Shown: positions 1 through 64,000 of the stretch, in pieces | Position numbering within the stretch: position 1 is the first letter of the stretch | Layout: each line of letters opens with the position of its first letter | From: Octopus vulgaris | Lineage: Eukaryota | Assembly (NCBI GenBank): GCA_951406725.2 | Contig: OX597816.1 | Location: 144,150,001-144,214,000 of the forward strand | DNA length: 64,000 nucleotides | Direction: 5' to 3' | The notes under the pieces: generated by a model | What the model was told of the DNA's origin: nothing | The model's database searches: none | Seen by the model: the letters and a program-made list of their open reading frames with translations, nothing else | Position numbers and translations under genes: made by a program

Positions 1-1144
1 AATATTTTAAAAATTTCAGTAAATCCATCCCACTCACTCGCAATCTTTTCTATCAAAGTACAAAAATGTATAAAACCTTTGATATTGTGTATGATGGTTT
101 ATAAAATAAAAATTGTTTTAAGGCAGATCTAAATGTTTTACTAATTTTTTTGTACAGGGAAATAATTTAACAGACTCGAAGCCAGTCTTGGGGGTGGGTA
201 TAAGCAATTAGATCAACCCTACTACTTGACTAATACTTATTGACCACAAGGGATTTGAACAACAAAGGTTGTTAGAAGGGATGTAACTCAGTATTGCAAG
301 GAGTTTGAAACAACACTATCAACCATCTTTTAAGAAATTATTCAACAGAAAAATGTAAAGATTTGAGAAATTCTAAAATATCAAAACTAAAATTTCATAG
401 TATGTATACGATTTCCTCTCCTGTGTTTTTTTCTATGAGTTTATTTTTTTTCCTTTCTAAAGAAAGCAATGGTTAACATTCCAAGAATCGAAGATCAAAA
501 CTTTAACTGTTCAATAGTTCAAAGTAAATCCATGATTCCTATCACATAACTAGTTGGGTGATAGGCACGATTCCGTTCCTAACAATGGTAAATTTACTCC
601 TTATACTTGAAAAAAATTTTAAAGGCACTGCTGGGCTGGCTTTGGATTTAATGCGATCTCATCCTGGTCATTGTTAGATTTTAGTATGTTAAAAAAATTA
701 TAACGTTTCATAGATATGTACACATACATTGTGTGCACAGGTATCTTGCCTTTAAAAATATATGCTCTGTTTTTGTGTTGCAAGAAGTGACTAAAAGGAT
801 TGGCAACAGGAAGGGTACTGCCTCAAAAAGTAGAACAATAATGGGTAGAAAGAATGTCACAGGACACACAAAGCTAACTTCCTATTTAGCTGAGAAGCAG
901 CTTAATATATGTGTGTGTGTGTGTGTGCGTGCATGTGTGCACACGTGTATGAGAGAGAGGGGAAAGGAAAATGTTTAATAAAGAAGAATGCAAGCCCAAA
1001 AGTTCAAAGTAAAGGAGTCGAAAGTAATTTCAAACAGTGAAAAATGCAAATATTTTTTTACCCATTTTAATTTTTTTTTTAAGATAAATAATAATAATTA
1101 GACATAGAAAGATTGAAATCTAGTTCCTACATAGCAACTCAAGG

Positions 1145-61253
<60,109 letters not shown>

Positions 61254-62260
61254 CTGAAGAAATATGTGAACGGAAGAAATAAAATTTTGAATATTTTTCA
61301 TAAATGCCTAAAACATTAAACAAGGCGGAAATATTTAGAACTGACTATACAAATATGGTCAATGCTGATGGAGCAAAGGATAAACTATCGAAGACTCATG
61401 CGTGGAGACTGGTTTCAATGTCGGTCTGTTATAATTTTACTCTACTAATGAGGCTAATGCGTTCGGGAACGGGATAAAAATTACATCTCATTTTCACTGC
61501 CCATATACATCTGAGACATTGTTCTTGTAAAAAGATATTAATTATTTATTTTCTTTGACAAACTGCAAGGCTAATCTGTGAAGATTTAGTCTTATAACAG
61601 TGGTAATTAGCCTAAAGGAAGCTCAAACTATGCTCTACAGCAATAAAAGCAGAAGGGTGTATCAGATGTTATAGCCCTAAATGCTCTGTACATGAAACAG
61701 ATTTTATGTTGATCTCCATTGAGGAGTTTCGTTGAATATCAGTGGACACTTAATATTTTTTATCAGTCTCACGCTACCCAAATGTCAAGAATAGATATTA
61801 ATCTTGGGAATGTTGCGACTAATAAGTTGATGTCCTGTGGTGAGTAGAGTTTGTATCTGATTAGCATAATATATGACGCCCTAGGACTACAATTACGCAA
61901 TCCATTTAGAGACATTTTTGGTAACATCAAATATATTTGCAGTTATCAAAAATGTAAAAATTAATGTCACGTTTTTGTTAGAATATTTCATAAGCGCAGA
62001 GATGATAATATTGCAGGACTAGAAGTATTTTTTTCAAATCACATTGAAATCATGAATGCAATGATTAAAGTAAAGAAATAGCTTATCCAAGTCTTTCCCA
62101 AAAGGGGAATCTATACTATTAATTTGCAAGAAGTCGCAACAAGATCTTTCTCAAGTCACAAGTTAAAAGCTGAACAACACATTGGATAGTGTAGTTCTAG
62201 ATACAGCATGTCTGAAAATCAAAGAACGAGTAGTTACAGCTGGTTAGCCTTTGATAATCG

Positions 62261-62558
62261 AAGGCGGCGAGCTGGCAGAATCGTTAGCGCGCCGGTCGAA
62301 ATGCTTAGCAATAATTCGTCTGTCAATGTGGCGAGCTGGCAGAAACGTTAGCACGCCGGGCGAAATGCTTAGCGGTATTTCGTCTGCCGTTACGTTCTGA
62401 GTTCAAATTCCGCCGAGGTCGACTTTGTCTTTCATCCTTTCGGGGTCGATTAAATAAGTACCAGTTACGCATTGGAGTCGATAAAATCGACTTAATCCAT
62501 TTGTCTGTCCTTGTTTGTCCTTTCTGTGTTTAGCCCCTTATGGGTAATAAAGAAATAG
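62261..62558 (+). mobile_element. Young SINE with a duplicated 5' head
   Basis: The head occurs at 62261 and again at ~62330, followed by the full body. Confidence 0.92.
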
Positions 62559-63600
62559 CTTTTGATCATTGGTTTGTTCGACCAGGGTTGAACAAAAACA
62601 AAAACGATAGAAATACCAATAAAATTAAGGCTGAGATGAAAGTAATATGTACTCGAATATTCTAAGAGCATCTAAGGAACTAGGAACTTCATCTCGATTT
62701 TTCCTTTGCTCTTTAGAACACATCTTCTTCTACTACCAGATTCACATAATACTAATAAAAAATTGCACTTAGCTTAAGTTATAGCTGTATTATTATTAAT
62801 ATGTGGTAATGGGTGTAATTTTATTCAGTCACACGTACATAGCTATACACACAAACCATAGAGAGACAATACGCGAAAGAAATAGTTTTAAGTATGAACA
62901 TGTGTGCATGTGTGCGTGCGAGCATATTGCAATATACTTGAAGTATTGTAAATGTGTGTAAAATGATATAAATGTATGGAGGGAGAAATGAGACGAAGGG
63001 GGAAAGAACAAAGAGAATGAAAGACTCGGTAAATTGGTTGTTTGTAAGTTGAAACTTGTGTAGGTGTTGGTGTGTTGGCGTCTTTCTAAGTGTATAAAAC
63101 TTGTGCAGGTGTCATTATAAATGTGTGTGTGTATAGGTGTCTATATAAGGGCTTATGTAGACGAGTGTAATGATTCAGTTGCAAAATTGCCAAGAAGTTT
63201 GTAGGTCATATTAAGGAATTAATAGATATAAATACACAATAGGGATTAAAACACCGCCTTGATGCTGGTTTAACGTTAGAAGCTCGGCTAGTAGTGGTGG
63301 TCAGTATAAGAGCATGGACAGACAGGGTTAGTTAGCAAAAAAAACTAATTTCTTACTATCTTTCTAATACATACTGTTAGTCTAACCCTTCTCTCACTTC
63401 ATTACTCAGTTCCTCCTCCTCCCCCCTCTCCTCCTCCTCCTCCTACTTTCGTCAATCCGAAACCTCTTGCACTAATGCTAGTTAAAAAAAAAAACCCACA
63501 ACGTTTCTTTCACTGCTGTGCAGTAATTATTATTGCATCATTCTAATAAAGAAAAATCTGCACACACGGGTACTTCTTGAACTAATCTTTCCTCTTGTTT

Positions 63601-63775
63601 ATCAGCGTTTCATCCATGAACACACTTCAACTACCGATTCACAAACGTCTTATTTCTACTTTCAGCTTCTTCTATTGTTGCTATAATGGCCTCTGCTCTT
63701 TTGAACTAGTTAACTGCACACCCCACTGCATTCAAACCCACCCGACCTACTCGTCACTCCTCCATTTAAAATGAT
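63601..63775 (+). mobile_element. LINE (CR1/Jockey-group) ORF2 C-terminal remnant
   Basis: TLQLPIHKRLISTFSFFYCCYNGLCSFEL resembles the LQxLxHRRxxxxLxxFYRYYxGxCSxEL motif of invertebrate LINE ORF2 tails. Confidence 0.55.
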
Positions 63776-63978
63776 AGATAAGAAACCAGTTCGCTGAGTC
63801 TGCGCTGGAAGATCGGTTCCTGGTTGAGCCATTTCACTCCACAGATTTCCTTTATTGCAGCTATTCCCGTTTAGACATTTTTCGTGTTCAAAATATCTCC
63901 AATAAGTGGATGGATTTCTACAACTTTTGCAGTTGAGGTTCTTAAAAAATGTGTGAAATCTACAATTTATTTATTTAA

Positions 63979-64000
63979 GCGCCCTTTTCAAGCCTAGCCA
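63979..64000 (-). mobile_element. 3' end of another tail-type-A SINE, cut by the window edge
   Basis: cccttttcaagcctagcca is identical to 21332-21350. Confidence 0.7.

Overview
AT-rich eukaryotic genomic DNA. Its SINE families resemble those of octopus (coleoid cephalopod); this is recognised from memory, not from a database search. Almost the whole window is one minus-strand multi-exon gene of the Zasp/ALP-Enigma (PDLIM) family. It carries a ZM motif (FVHGQYNSPLGLYSAE) and the downstream SEVFKL and QSxSFKVLQ blocks, shows no LIM domain, and ends in ...GCTDF*. I reconstructed about 13 exons by hand from GT-AG sites and phase: a phase-2 internal 36-nt exon, two candidate alternative first coding exons, the ZM exon, an exon with an apparent 1-nt frameshift, a run of symmetric phase-1 cassette exons (four of which each encode one copy of an R[YF]xG..IPSxxF+xLQ repeat), and a terminal exon. 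Any PDZ exons would lie beyond the right end of the window. The introns hold many SINEs, a decayed mariner, MITEs, a non-autonomous Helitron, LINE remnants and microsatellites. There is a ~145-bp-arm foldback at 48.5-48.8 kb and a visible switch from CpG-poor to CpG-rich sequence near 49 kb. Most ORFs in the supplied track are spurious.
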